The notes under the pieces are model-generated. The model saw only the letters and a list, made by a program, of their open reading frames with translations, was not told the origin of the DNA and searched no databases. 64,000 nt of DNA from Dictyostelium discoideum (taxonomy: Eukaryota): positions 4,352,001 to 4,416,000 of the forward strand of contig CM000154.2 of assembly GCA_000004695.1 (NCBI GenBank). Direction: 5' to 3'. Positions within the stretch are counted from its first letter, which is position 1, and the number at the start of each line of letters is the position of its first letter. Below are positions 12,264-30,317 of the stretch, piece by piece. The position numbers and the translations under genes were made by a program.

Positions 12264-12975
12264 AAAAATTGATTGAATTTGTATACCATTTGAACCTAAA
12301 AGATGGATTCTCTCAAACATTAAAGCCAGGTGTTATTCCAAAAACTATTAGAATTGTAACATTACACCAAATAACAAAACCATTAGTAATTGGATCAATA
12401 CCAAATACAGTCTTAAGAATAGAATTTCATAAAGGCTTTAACCAATTCCTTACTCCAGGTATTATATCAGAAGGTGTTAAATCATTAGAATTTTAATGAT
12501 TTAACAGTTTTAAGAATACAATTTCATAAAGGATTTAACCAATTACTTACAGCTGGTATTATACCAGAAGGTGTTAAATCATTAGAATTCCACCAAGTTA
12601 AATACTTATTGATTGTCGGTTCAATTCCTAACTCGATTTATTTATTATGTTTACTGGATGGCTTTAATCAAATAATATCACCAGGCATAATTACTAATGG
12701 AGTGTGCGAGTTAGGTTTGGGAGAAATTAAACAACCATTATTTGTGAATTCAATACCTAATTCCGTCACCAAATTTAATATCATTAATGGATTTTATCAC
12801 TAACGCCTGGAATCATTTCAAATTCAATAAAGAAATTAACTCTATGTACTGTAAATATATGAAATTAGTTGAAGGGTCAATTCCATAAAATTATTTTATA
12901 TGGTAATGTTGAACCATCATCTTTAGATGTTTGTAAATTAGATAGATATGTACAAATAATAAAAAATAATTTATA
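11092..12975 (+). pseudogene. 3' part of a B-box/FNIP paralog (copy 2b/3). It carries the end of exon 1 (..[18 protein letters not shown]), the intron, and a FNIP exon broken by stops, frameshifts and a local duplication.
   Basis: The donor a|GTAAGT is at about 11210 and the acceptor at about 11330. The FNIP frame ([25 protein letters not shown]) runs into a stop at about 11530. Further FNIP repeat fragments lie in three different frames between 12269 and 12960. Confidence 0.6.
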
Positions 12976-13187
12976 ATAATAGTAGAATCTTTGTAAATAA
13001 TAAAGGATCAAAACAAAAAAATAAAAATAAAAATAAATAAATAAATTAAATAAATATATAATTTGGTTCATCAATTTTATCAAATATTCTATTAATTTAA
13101 TTTGAATTTGTTTTTTTTATTTTTTTTATTTATTTATTTTTATATTTATTATTTAACTATTTAATTAATTTTATATTTTCTTTTGTT

Positions 13188-13330
13188 TCAATCATACAAT
13201 TAATTCACTCGAGATATAAATATATTCTTGTCTTTGAGTGATCATTTATTAATGTATGAATTTTTAAAAATTTTCAATTAATCCATTGCCTTTGTTGTTG
13301 ATGTTGTTGGTAGTCTAGTGGATTTGATAA
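13188..13330 (-). pseudogene. Intergenic pseudo-exon fragment. It is about 75% identical to an internal coding segment (28741..28870) of the coiled-coil gene 28155..30317.
   Basis: There is a shared core gagata(t/a)(c/a)aatatattcttgtctttgagt, with extended similarity through ..tcatttaatccattgcctttgttgttgatg compared with tcatttcatccattgttgttaatgattg. Confidence 0.55.
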
Positions 13331-13470
13331 TATTATAATTTATTTATCTTAATATAAAAAGTAACCCAATTGATTCAAAAAAAATAAAAAATAAACCAAT
13401 TCAGTCTTTTTTTGTTTTTTATTTTAATATCTAAATTTTATAATATCTCAATTTTTCACTCAAATTTTTA

Positions 13471-13517
<47 letters not shown>

Positions 13518-13655
13518 TTTTTAAGATTTTTTAATTTTATTATAATACGATCACTGTCTACAATAATAATAACACATTAAACTATTATCAAAAATAATAA
13601 AAATTTTTACCCACACATTTTTTTTTTTTTTAATCAATAACAAATAATATTAAAA

Positions 13656-15557
13656 ATGAATAATGATTTAATATTAGATAATAACAATAACAATAAGAAA
13701 TGCACACTTCATAGAAATAAAATTTTAGAACTTTTATGTTTAGATTGTAAATTTATTCCATGTTGTACTCAGTGTTTTTCCAAGATGGTCAACACCATGG
13801 TCATAAAACAAATTGTATGGATTCAAAAGCAACATCAGATATTCTCAAAATGGTGAATTTATTTAAAAATGATATTATTCCAAAATTAAAAGAAATAGTT
13901 GAAAATAATAAACAAATAATTAATGAATCTGACAATATTTATAATGAAATTAAACAACAATATGAAATTAATAAAAATTTGGTAATAGATGAATTCAATA
14001 AATTTCATAAAATACTTCAAATTATTCAATTAGATATTCTAAAGCAATTAGAAACAACATTTGATGAAAATACATTAGTAAATACTATTATTAATTCATC
14101 AATCAAAAATAATGATAGTTATGGTATTACTATGGAATCAATGAGTAATGAAATAGATAATCTCAAGCATACTCACTTACAATATTGTGATGAAAATCAA
14201 ATATATAACTGGCTTGAAAATGAAGAAATTTATCAATTAATTAAAAAATATCAACAATCATCATTAATAGTAAATAATAAAAATTATATTGGTAGTTTAA
14301 ATATATTAAAAGAATATAATAATCAATCAATACTATTCAATAATTAAATAATTGATGATATTAAAAATAATTTAAAATTAATTTATGAGTTTGATAACAA
14401 TAAAAACAACCAAAATAAAAACAATAATCGTATTAATTATAATAAAAATGAAAAATTAAAAATTGAAATTGATGAAAATAATTTTAAATTTATAAAGAGA
14501 AAGTAAGAATTTAAATTATAAATAAAATTTAAATTATTATTAATATATATCAATATATATTATAAATAGATGATAATGAAAAATATTATATATATTCAAA
14601 GAATAGTGAATTTTCAAATCATAAAGATAAAGAGTCAATTGCATTTGGAGAAGATTGTGGTAGTTTATTAAAATTTCAATCAAAAACAAATTTAAAGTTA
14701 TGTTATTGGATGAATTTAAAGAAAAATTAGAACCGGGTGTATTACCAAATGGTATAAAATATTTGGAAATAGGAGATATTATAACACTATTAGTAGTTGG
14801 ATCGATACCACCTGGTATCATTCCTTCTTATCCACCAAATGAAGGTCATTGGTTTAAATAATTTTCATTTCCATTGTTCTTAGGTGTAAGATTCCTAACA
14901 TTACATAAAATTAAAAGTGAAGTAAACATTGGATCAATTCCAGTGTCAGTATCGCGTTTGAATCTAAAAGATGGGTTCTCTCAAACATTACAGCCAGGTG
15001 TTATTCCAAAAACTGTTAAAACTGTAATATTACAGGAAATAACAAAACCATTAATAATTGGATCAATACCAAATACAGTTTTTACAATAGAATTTCATAA
15101 AGGCTTTAACCAATTACTTACAGCAGGTATTATACCAGAAGGTGTTTATTCATTGGAATTCCACCAAGTTAAGGACTTATTGATTGTCGGTTCAATTCCT
15201 AACTCGATTTATTCATTATTTTTAAAGGAAGGCTTTGATCAAAAAATATCACCAGGTATAATTACCAATGGAGTGGGCCTATTACATTTAGGAGAAATTA
15301 AACAACCATTATTAGTGAATTCAATACCAAACTCTGTCACCAACTTGTATATCACTAAAGGATTTAATCAATCACTAACACCTGGAATCATTCCAAATTC
15401 AATAAAGGAATTAACATTGGGTACTGACAACATACAATTAGTTGAAGGATCAATTCCAAAAACAATTCAAAAAATTATTATAAGTGGAGATATAGAACCA
15501 TCATTCTTAAATGTCTGTAAATTAGATAAATCTATACAAATAGATAGCAATTATTAA
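13656..15557 (+). pseudogene. B-box/FNIP paralog (copy 4) with a 1-nt deletion in the B-box (about 13780), a premature stop at 14345, and a frameshifted 5' end of the FNIP exon.
   Basis: The track ORFs 13656..13856 and 13760..14347 are the same gene in two frames. Intact copies read tgtatttctaaagatggtgaa where this copy reads tgtttttccaagatggtcaa. The donor FIKRK|GTAAGA is kept. After the acceptor the exon-2 frame is lost (..[14 protein letters not shown] is out of frame). Only 14874..15557 stays open. Confidence 0.6.
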
Positions 15558-15723
15558 TAATAGTATACTTTTTTATTTATTAAAGTATTAACTTATCTCA
15601 AATATTTTAATTTTACAAAGAATAAAAATAAAATAAAAAATAAAAAGGGAAGAAGGAGAAAATATTGAATAGTGGAATTCCATTTGTAAATATTAAAGGA
15701 TCAAAAACATGTGAAAAAAAATA

Positions 15724-15756
<33 letters not shown>

Positions 15757-15881
15757 AATAAATATAAAGTTGGGTTCATCAATTTTATCATATATTTCAA
15801 TTAATTTAATTTGAATTAATTTTTTAATTTTATATTTTTATTATTATTATTCAAAGATTTAATTGGTTTAATTTTCTTATG

Positions 15882-16030
15882 TTTCAATCATACAATTAAT
15901 TCACTTGAGATATCAATATATTCTTGTCTTTGAGTGAACATTTATTAATATATGAATTGAAATTTTCATTTAATCCGTTGCCTTTGTTGTTGATGTTGTT
16001 GGTAGTCTAGTGGATTTGATAATATTATAT
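15882..16030 (-). pseudogene. Second copy of the same pseudo-exon fragment (homologous to 28741..28870), located in the spacer after copy 4.
   Basis: The core cacttgagatatcaatatattcttgtctttgagtgaaca matches 28751-28790 almost perfectly. Confidence 0.55.
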
Positions 16031-16519
16031 TTATCTTAAAATTGCTCCTGATCGACACTCAAAATTAAAAGGTTCGATGATCAATAATTACCTTAATTGA
16101 AAAATTAACCCAATTGATTCAAAACCAATATTATCTTCTTATTTAATTCTTATAAAGTTAGTAAAGATAGACCCACATGAATATAAGACAATTCCAATGA
16201 CATTTGGGGATGGATGTATTTTATAATTGTTTATTTTTTTAATTTCACATTTCATTTTAGAAATAAAAAAAAAAAAAAATAAAATAAAATTAAAAAATTG
16301 GGATTAGATTTAAAATCTCAATTTTTCCAATTAAAATTTTAAAAAAAAAAAAAAAATAAAAAAAAAAAAAAATTGTATTTTTATTTTTTGATTTTTTTAA
16401 AATACTCGTGCAACACTATAACAACTCATTATACTATTAATAATACAATAACAAAAAAAAAAAGAAGAAAAAAAAAAACTTCTCACACCCCACTTTTTTT
16501 TACTTTATTAATATTAAAA

Positions 16520-16916
16520 ATGAATAAAGATATAATATTAGATAATAATAATAACAATAACAAATGTACACTTCATACAAATAAAAAACTAAAACTTTTA
16601 TGTTTAGAATGTAAATTTATTCCATGTTGTATTCAATGTATTTCTAAAGATGGCGAACACCATGGTCATAAAACAAATTGTATAGATTCAATGGAAATAT
16701 CAAATATTCTCAAAATGATGAATTTATTTAAAAATGATATCATTCCAAAAATAAAACAAACAGTTGAAAATGATAAACAAAAAATCAATGAATACTTCAA
16801 ATTCTTCATTATTTAATATGATATCGAAAGGCAATTAGAAACAACATTTGATCAAAATACATTAATATATACTATCATTAATTCATCAATCAAAAATAAT
16901 AATCAAAATAATAAGG

Positions 16917-16979
<63 letters not shown>

Positions 16980-18357
16980 GCAATATTAATAATGATAATA
17001 ATGATAATGATAATTGTTATTATGGTATTAATATAAAATCAATAAGTAATAAATTAGATAATCCAATGATAATCACTTACAAAATTGTGATGAAAATCAA
17101 ATTTATAACTGGCTTGAAAATGAAGAAATTTATCAATTAATTAAAAAATATCAACAATCATCATTATGAGTTTAATAATAACAACAACCAAAATAAAAAT
17201 GTTACTATTGTAGAAAACAATAATAGTATAAAAATAAAAAATTAAAGATTGAAATTGATGAAAATAATTTTAAATTTATAAAGAGTAAGTGTTAAAATTA
17301 CAAATAAAAGTGTAGTTTTATTATTATTATTTATTAACATAATAATAATTTTATAAATGTGATTATAGGAAATATTATATTCAGAGAATAGTGAATTTTC
17401 ATTTTATAAAGATAAAGATGCAATTGCATTTGGAGAAGATTGTGGTAGTTTATTAAAATTTAAAGAGAGTTATGATAATTTTAATTTAACCAGTGTTATG
17501 TTATTAGATGGATTTAAAGAAAGTTTAGAACCAGGTGTAGTACCATATGGTATTTATAATATGGAAATAGGTGATATTAAAACACCATTAGTAGTTGGAT
17601 CAATACCATCAACCGTTTCAAGTTTAACATTACATGATGGATTTAATCAATCATTAGAACCTGTTATTATTCCTTCTTATCCAAAAAATAATGGACTCAA
17701 GCCATATTATTGATATTTTCATCCAGTGGATGTGTAAGATACTTAGAATTACATAATATTAAAAGTGAACTTAAAATTGGATCAATTCCAGGGTCAGTAT
17801 GCCAATTGACATTAAAAGATGGATTCTCTCAAATATTAAAACCAGGTGTTATTCCAAAAACTGTTGGGATTGTTAGAATAACAAAACCATTAGTAATGGG
17901 ATCAATACCAAATACAGTTTTAACAATAGAATTTGATAAAGGCTTTAACCAATTACTTACAGCAGGTATTATACCAGAAGGTGTTATCGGATTAAGATTC
18001 CACCAAGTTAAGGACTTATTGATTGTCGGTTCAATTCCAAAATCGATTTATTCATTATTTTTCAAAGATGGCTTTAATCAAATATTATCACCAGGTATAA
18101 TTACTGATGGAGTGTGTGAGATAATTTTGGGAGAAATTAAACAACCATTATTAGTGAATTCAATACCGAATTCTGTCACAAAATTGCATATCATTAATGG
18201 ATTTAATCAATCACTAACACCAGGAGTCATTCCAAATTCAATAAAGGAATTAACTTTAGGTAGTGTAAAAACACAATTAGTTGAAGGATCAATACCAAAA
18301 ACAATTCAAAAAATTATTTTAAAAGGAAATATTGAACCATCATATTTTTTTTTTTGA
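16520..18357 (+). pseudogene. B-box/FNIP paralog (copy 5) with an internal deletion of about 100 bp plus frameshifts in exon 1 and a frameshift in the FNIP exon.
   Basis: Exon 1 stops at 16816 after KINEYFKFFII. The downstream frame resumes with ..IERQLETTFDQNTL. About 40 codons that are present in copy 6 are missing. The FNIP exon is split between the track ORFs 17498..17713 and 17710..18357. Confidence 0.6.
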
Positions 18358-18624
18358 TTCTTAATTATTTACAAAGTTGGAACCCTTTAAATATATCGCT
18401 AATAATTCAATTTATCATTTGCTGATATTGATTAGTTATTTGACGTTGTTGTTATTCTAGATTTAATTGATTTTTTTTTTTTTTTGATTTAAAAATTCCA
18501 ATTTTGAAATTAAAAAATAAATAAATAATATATAGAATGTTCATATTCATTTTAATTATATCTTATATAATTTTGTGCTCTATTTATTTGTAAAAGTTTT
18601 TTTTATAGTTAACTTAAAATTTAA

Positions 18625-18685
<61 letters not shown>

Positions 18686-18849
18686 AAAAATTGAGATTTA
18701 ATTAATTTGGATTTAAATTTTATTAAAATTTAGAATCACCACATAATAACAACATGTCAAACTATAAATACAATAACAAAAAAATTTTCACCCACAACAC
18801 ACCCCTTTTTTTTTTTTTTTTTTTTTTCAAATTTTTGATAATATTAAAA

Positions 18850-21203
<2,354 letters not shown>

Positions 21204-21936
21204 TTATAAATAATTAAGTATTATTCCGATACCAATTCTCAAATATTACAGGATTAATTAATTTCAGAAATACTTCAAGTTCCTCAATAAAATTTCGAAA
21301 GGCAGCCAAAAACAAAAGATTTAAAATTATTTTTTAGATATTAATTAAATAGGTTTCAATTAAATTACATTTCTGGTAGCAGTAATAACATTTATTTTAA
21401 TAAAAAAAAAAAAAATAATAATAATTACTCATTTTATTCAATTTTAATTTATACTAATTATTATTATCATACAAGTAGTAAACAAAGGAAGAGTATTTGA
21501 TGTTTATCAAGTATGTGTTTATTTTATTTTATTTTATTTTTTTGTAAAATTTTTATTTTTCACTCGATTAAATTGAAACTAATTTCTTTTTGATCCTTTA
21601 TTATTTACAAATATTCTACTATCCATCATTTTCTCCTCTTCCTCTTTTTTTAATTCTTGTAAATTTTAATATTTGAGAATGGATAGGTATAATACTCTTT
21701 TATTTATTATTATTAATATTTATTTATTAATACAGATTTATCCAATTTACATCTAACCCAATTCACACCTAATTTTATTAAATCTGATTTCGATAGGTGA
21801 TTTAAATTTACAAGATAACACGTTTCTAATGGTTGTTCGATTATATCGTAAATAGAACTTGTGGCGGTTATTGGTTATTATTATTAGTTGTTGTTGCTTA
21901 TTAATGATATTACTATTACTTCTATTGCTATTATTA

Positions 21937-22003
21937 ATATTACTATTACTATTACTATTACTATTACTATTACTATTACTATTACTATTACTATTACTAT
22001 TAG
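21937..22003. repeat. (TATTAC)~11 hexanucleotide repeat.
   Basis: Direct reading of the sequence. Confidence 0.9.
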
Positions 22004-23277
22004 TTGGATTTGATTTTTTTTAACTGAATCATTTAAAGTTAAAACAAATGAGCATTTATCTGGTTGTGTTGCTTTGATACAATAGTTACCTACTTATAAA
22101 TGGTTGAAATTTACCATCAATATTGCTGATTGTTGAAGGCACTTTTGGTAATGTAATTGATACATTTTATTTACAGTCACTTGATTTTATTTCAAATTTG
22201 TATGTTTAAAAAAAAAAAAAAAAAGAAAAATAAACTAATTCAATCAAATCAATCACTTTTTTGATTTTTTTTTAAAGACAAAAAGATTTATAAATTTTAT
22301 AAATTAGAGATGGTGTAATCTGAAAAAAAAAAAAAAAATGAGAAAAATAAAAAATTTATTTTTTGATTATTTTTTTATTTATTTATGTTTAACATTTAGT
22401 TGGATTCAAACCATCCTGTTAAATCAATTTTCTTTTTTTTTTTTCGGGATATTGTTAATTGAAAACTTCAAACATCCCAAATATTGTATGGCTTTTAATA
22501 TCAGAATTAATTTTTTTAATTCTTTTTGATAGCTGTTTTAGTTCTTTTTTGTTGAAAATTCAAATTTAAATTGGTGATAATATCATCAGCAATTAAATTT
22601 AAATTTTTAATTAATTCTGATTTTTTTAAAATGACTACACCAACTTTGTATGGAAGCTCATATAAAAAATTTTTATTAAATGAATATGCTGTAGAAATTT
22701 TTTTTTTTTTCTAATGAAAGATTGTTTAAATCTTATTTTGGATTGATAAAAATAGTTTTTTTTTATCTCCAAACAAAGTTAAGAGATATAATATAAATTT
22801 AAATTTAAAAGATTTATTATTATATTTACATTTTATATAATGTTATCCAACAATTGATCAACTCGTAAAATATCATAAAATGTCTATTTTTAATATAGTT
22901 TTATTATTGATGGTAAATAATAAAACTATATTAAAAAAATTAAATAATGTAAAAAAAAACATTTTAATTTTAAATGATTTAAATCCAATAAATAGTAAAG
23001 ATAGGTTATCTCAAATACCATTAATTATTGATGGTATTAAAATATTTTCAGTTGTGGATACAACATATTTAATATACAGAATTAGATGAACATGCTAGAA
23101 TAATTATTTTTATTTTTAATATTTGGATAATTTTTAATCCAACGAGAGCTAACAAATAAAATCTAAATCATTTTTAATTTATTCATACATTTGTTTTTTT
23201 TTTTTTTTTTAATTTTTTTTTTTTTTTTTAATTTTTTTTTTTTTTTCAAATTTGATTTCTAATTTATAAAATCATAT

Positions 23278-23321
<44 letters not shown>

Positions 23322-23422
23322 TTTTTAAAATCTTTTTAAATTTAAAATACTGTCACTGCATAATAACAACACATTGTACCCTTAGATAAAAAAAAATAAT
23401 AATTAATAATTCTTTTTTTAGA

Positions 23423-25665
<2,243 letters not shown>

Positions 25666-26103
25666 TAATAATAATAAATATGTCTATATCCATTCTCAAA
25701 TATTAAAATTTACAAAGAATTAAAAAAAAGAAAAAGGAAAGGAAGAAGGAGAAAATGATGAGTAGTAGAATATTTGTAAATAATAAAGGATCAAAAACAA
25801 AAAATAAATTCCATCAATTTTATCCTTAATTATTATTATATTTTTAAATTTTTTTTTTTTTTTTTTATTGAAATTATTTTTTAAATATAATCAATTTTAT
25901 ATTTTTTTTTAATTAAAATAAAAGCTAGATATTTTTTTTTAATTAAAATAAAAGCTAGATATTTTTTTTTTTTTTTTTTTTTAAATTTTTTTTTTTTTTT
26001 TTTTTTTTTTCACTCCAAATCAAAAAGTTTTGTTTAATTTTATTTTTAGTTTTTCAGATAAAAAAAAAAAAAACATAAATACTTTAATAATTCTTTTTTT
26101 AAT

Positions 26104-26823
26104 ATGATTGAAAATAAAATAGAACAGAACTGTGCACTCCACACAAATAAAAATTTAGAATTTTTATGTTTAGATTGTAAATTAATACCATGTTGTACAT
26201 TATGTATTTCTAGAGGAGGTGAACATCATCGTCATGGAATTGATTCATTAGAATCAATACAAACATCTTCAATTCTTTCAATGATGAATAGTTTTAAAGA
26301 TGTTTATCCAAAAGTAATTGAAAGAATAGAAAATGATCAACAGATATTAAAAGATTCTGATGAAATTTTCAATGAAATTCAATCACAATATAATAAAAAT
26401 AAAATCACACTAAACCAAGAATTTAAAAAAATTCATAACATACTTTCAATACTTGAATTGGATATTGAAAGACAATTAACTACAGATTTCGAAATAAATA
26501 CATTAATAAATACAACTATAACCTCTTCAATAAATAATGATATTGACAATTATAATAAAAATAAAAATAATAATTCAATCACAGATATATTAAATATTTC
26601 TATAAAAAATATACAACAATATAATGATGATGATTACTATAAAATAGATTCAAATTCAATCGAATTAATAAAACAATACCAACAATCATTACTATTATTA
26701 AATAATAACAATAATATTGATAATTTAAATAAATTAAAAGAATATAATAATCAAACCATTAAATTCGATAACCAAATAATTAATGATATTAGAAGTAATT
26801 TAAAATTAATCTATTCTTTTGAA

Positions 26824-26917
<94 letters not shown>

Positions 26918-28044
26918 CTGAAAAATTAAATATTGAAATTGATGAAAATAATTTTAAATTTATAAAGAGTATGTTGTATAAATAAATAAATAGATAAATA
27001 TATATATATAAATAAATAAATAAATATTAACAATATTGATATATTATTATAAAAATAGAACAAAATAAAAAATATTATATTTATTCAGAGAATAATGAAT
27101 TTCCAAAAAATGAAGAAAGAATTGCATTTGGAGAAGGTTGTGGTAGTTTATTAAAAGTTAATTGGAATAAGAATTTAAAGAATGTAATGTTATTAGATGG
27201 ATTTGAAGAAAGTTTAGAACCAGGTATATTACCAGATGGTATTGTACATTTAGAGATATTTGATATTAAAACAGAATTAGCAGTTGGATCAATACCATCA
27301 ACAGTTACAAGTTTAACATTTAATGATGGATTTAATCAATCAATTGAAGTTGGTATTATTCCATCAAGTGTTATTTATTTAGATTTACATGATATTAAAC
27401 AACCATTAAAGATTGGTTCAATCCCACAATCAGTACAAGATTTGAAACTTTGCAATGGATTCTCTCAACCATTAGAACCAGGTATTATTACAAATAAAAT
27501 TAAAACATTAAGTATTCATGAAATTAAAACTCAATTACAAATAGGATCAATTCCAAATAGCGTCACTCATATGGTATTTTACGATGGCTTTAACCAATTA
27601 CTTTCAGCAGGTATTATACCAGAAGGTGTTTCATGGTTATTCTTTTTTAATATAAAAATCCCATTAGTTGTTGGTTCAATTCCTCAATCAATTTATTATT
27701 TAGTTTTCAGTGATGGTTTCAATCAAACAATATCACCAGGTATAATTACTAATGGTGTGGAAATTTTATGTTTACGTGATATTAAACAACCATTAGAAGT
27801 AAATTCAATACCAAAATCTGTAACCAATCTACTTATTGATAGTGGTTTCCAACAACCATTAACACCAGGAATCATTCCAAATTCAATAAAAGAATTAGCA
27901 TTAGGAAATATAAAAACTCAATTAGTTGAAGGATCAATTCCAAAGAAAATTCAAAAAATTATTTTAGATAAAAATTTCAACCAATCCTTAGAAATTTGTG
28001 ATTTAGATAAGAGTGTAGAAATAAGAACAAATTATTTAAAGTAA
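26104..28044 (+). CDS. B-box/FNIP paralog (copy 8), apparently intact. Two exons: 26104..26968 and 27059..28044 (alternative acceptor gives 27089).
   Basis: Exon 1 is about 97% identical in nucleotide sequence to exon 1 of copy 7, apart from the Asn tract. The donor a|GTATGT is at 26969. The acceptor AAAAATAG is at 27056-27058. The FNIP exon resembles that of copy 1 rather than copy 7. Confidence 0.65.
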
Positions 28045-28154
28045 AAAAAAAAAAAAACAAAAAAAAAAAAATAGAATTCAATAAACTTTATTGAATATTA
28101 AAGATTTTTTAAATAGTATATATTGTTTATTATGTTTTATGTATGATTTAGATA

Positions 28155-28606
28155 TTAAAACCAACCAGACATAAAAGATCCTTTTTCTTTTTCTTTTTCT
28201 TTTCCATTGCCATTACCATTCTGAATTGGTGATGATGTATTACTATTATTATTTGGTGGCGAAAATAATGGTTGTGTTTGAGTTTGAGTTGTTTGAATTT
28301 GTGGTGGTTGCATTTGAATTTGTGGATTGTGACTATTTTGTTGTTGTTGTTGTTGTTGTTGCTGTAAATTTGATTTTAAATTTAATGGATCTAATAATGG
28401 TTGTGGTTGTAAATTATGTGGTGATTGAGCGCCATTACTTAATGATTCTTGTGTTATTATAAAGCTATTATGATTAATACTACTGCTACTATTACTACTA
28501 TTATTACTATTATTATTATTTGATTTTACAATTGGTGATGAATTTGATTTTATATTGCTATTTGTATTATTCGTACTATTATTATTATTATTATTTGTAT
28601 TATTAC

Positions 28607-28685
<79 letters not shown>

Positions 28686-30317
28686 TAAACCTTTTAATTG
28701 ATTTAATTCCTGAATTAATTTTAAATTATCTTTTTTTGAATCATTTAATTGATTAGAGATATCAATATATTCTTGTCTTTGAGTTAGAATTGAATCTTTG
28801 AATTTATTTTTCATTTCATCCATTGTTGTTAATGATTGTTGATAACGAGTTAACATTTGACTATATCTTTCATTTGAGAATTCAAATTTACCTTCAGATT
28901 CTTCCAATTTTCTTTTTAAATCATCGTTTTCTTCATGAAGTTGTTTCTCTAATTTCAATACTCTTTGTTTATGAGTATCTCTCTCCAAAGTGACAGTTTT
29001 TAAATCGATTTTCAATTTTTCAATGGTTGAATTCATAGAGATTGATTTCACTTCAGTTTCTGATATTTTATTGGTTAAATCTGATATTTTATTCATTAGA
29101 TCTTCTCTCTCTCTTTGAAGTGTACGAATTGTATCTCTAAGCTGTGATGGATCTCTATTCATTAAATTATCTCTTGCTGGTGTTGGTTTATTATTTGGTG
29201 TTGATGTTGATGATGATGATGTTGATGTTGTTGTTGGTCTAGTTGGGCTTGACAATATTCTACCTGATGTTGTCATTAATGTTGTACTTGCTATTGGTTT
29301 CTTTAATGGACTTGGTGTTGGTTTATTAAGTGATGATGATGATGATGATGATGATGATGTTGTTGTACTAGTAATTGGTCTATGGAGTGATGATGATGAT
29401 GTTGATGTTGTTGATGGTGTTGGTTTATGAAGTGATGATGATGTTGTTGTTGTATCTTTATGAGTATGCTCTTTACTATCAGAATGAGTTGAATAAGAAG
29501 ATAATACAGGTGATGCATCAATTGGTGATGTTTTATTTGAAGAAGGTGGAGTTGGTGATACTCTTGGTGTTAATTTATTTGAACCTAAACTACTACTACC
29601 ACCACCACCACCACCACTACTACTATTATTATTTGCAGGCATTGGTGGTTTTAATGATGATCCTGATGATGATAAACTCTTTCTATCTTTTGTTGTTGTT
29701 GTTGTTGTTGTTGTTGATGGTGTATCTGTTGATTTATTCGATGATATACTTGGTCTAGATGATGATGATGATGATGATGATGATTTTGAAGGTAATGTAT
29801 GATGATGAGAATCAGTTTTTTTCATCATTGATGCTACAGTTGGTGTTGATAATTTATCAGTTAATTTTTTAGATGATAAAGTTGATGAAGCTGAATTTGA
29901 AGTTGAAGAAGTAGAGGAAGTACCTCCTGTTGTTGATTTTCTTGGACCTGGGAATGTACTTGATAATGATGTTGATGATAATCTATCAGACATTAATGGA
30001 TTTGATTTTAATGTAGTTGAATTATTTGATGTTGATGATAAATTTGTTTTTGATTTATTGGCTGTTAAAGTTGATGGTGTTTTTTTTACAGTTGATGATG
30101 TTGTTGATGATGATGATGATGATGATGATAATGATTTAGTTTTTGATAATGTTGATGAAATTGGTGTTGTTGAAACTGGTTTGTGTGGTGTTGATGATAT
30201 TGTAGTTGTAGTTGTTGAAGATGGATGTGTAGCTGTTGATGGTTTAGTTGATTCATTTATAGATTTCTTATCACCATCATTATTACCACCATTAATTAAT
30301 GAGGTTGGGCTTGACAT
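28155..30317 (-). CDS. Protein of 720 aa. It is Ser/Thr-rich and has a central coiled-coil region (..LQREREDLMNKISDLTNKISETEVKS..LEKQLHEENDDLKRKLEESEGKFE..), then poly-Asn and a Gln-rich tail. Function unknown.
   Basis: Continuous minus-strand ORF from Met (30317) to stop. The composition and heptad pattern can be read from the translation. Confidence 0.6.

Noticed and set aside
13656-14347. Two overlapping ORFs (13656..13856 and 13760..14347) that might be read as two genes.
   Set aside because: They are the same B-box exon in two frames, joined by a 1-nt deletion relative to intact paralogs. I treated them as one pseudogene.
25700-25770. The spacer string gaaaaaggaaaggaagaagg after copy 7 resembles the coding strand at the 3' end of gene 28155..30317 (gaaaaagaaaaagaaaaagg).
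   Set aside because: It is low-complexity purine repeat, and the strand orientation is inconsistent with the genuine pseudo-exon homology at 13188 and 15882. It is probably chance.
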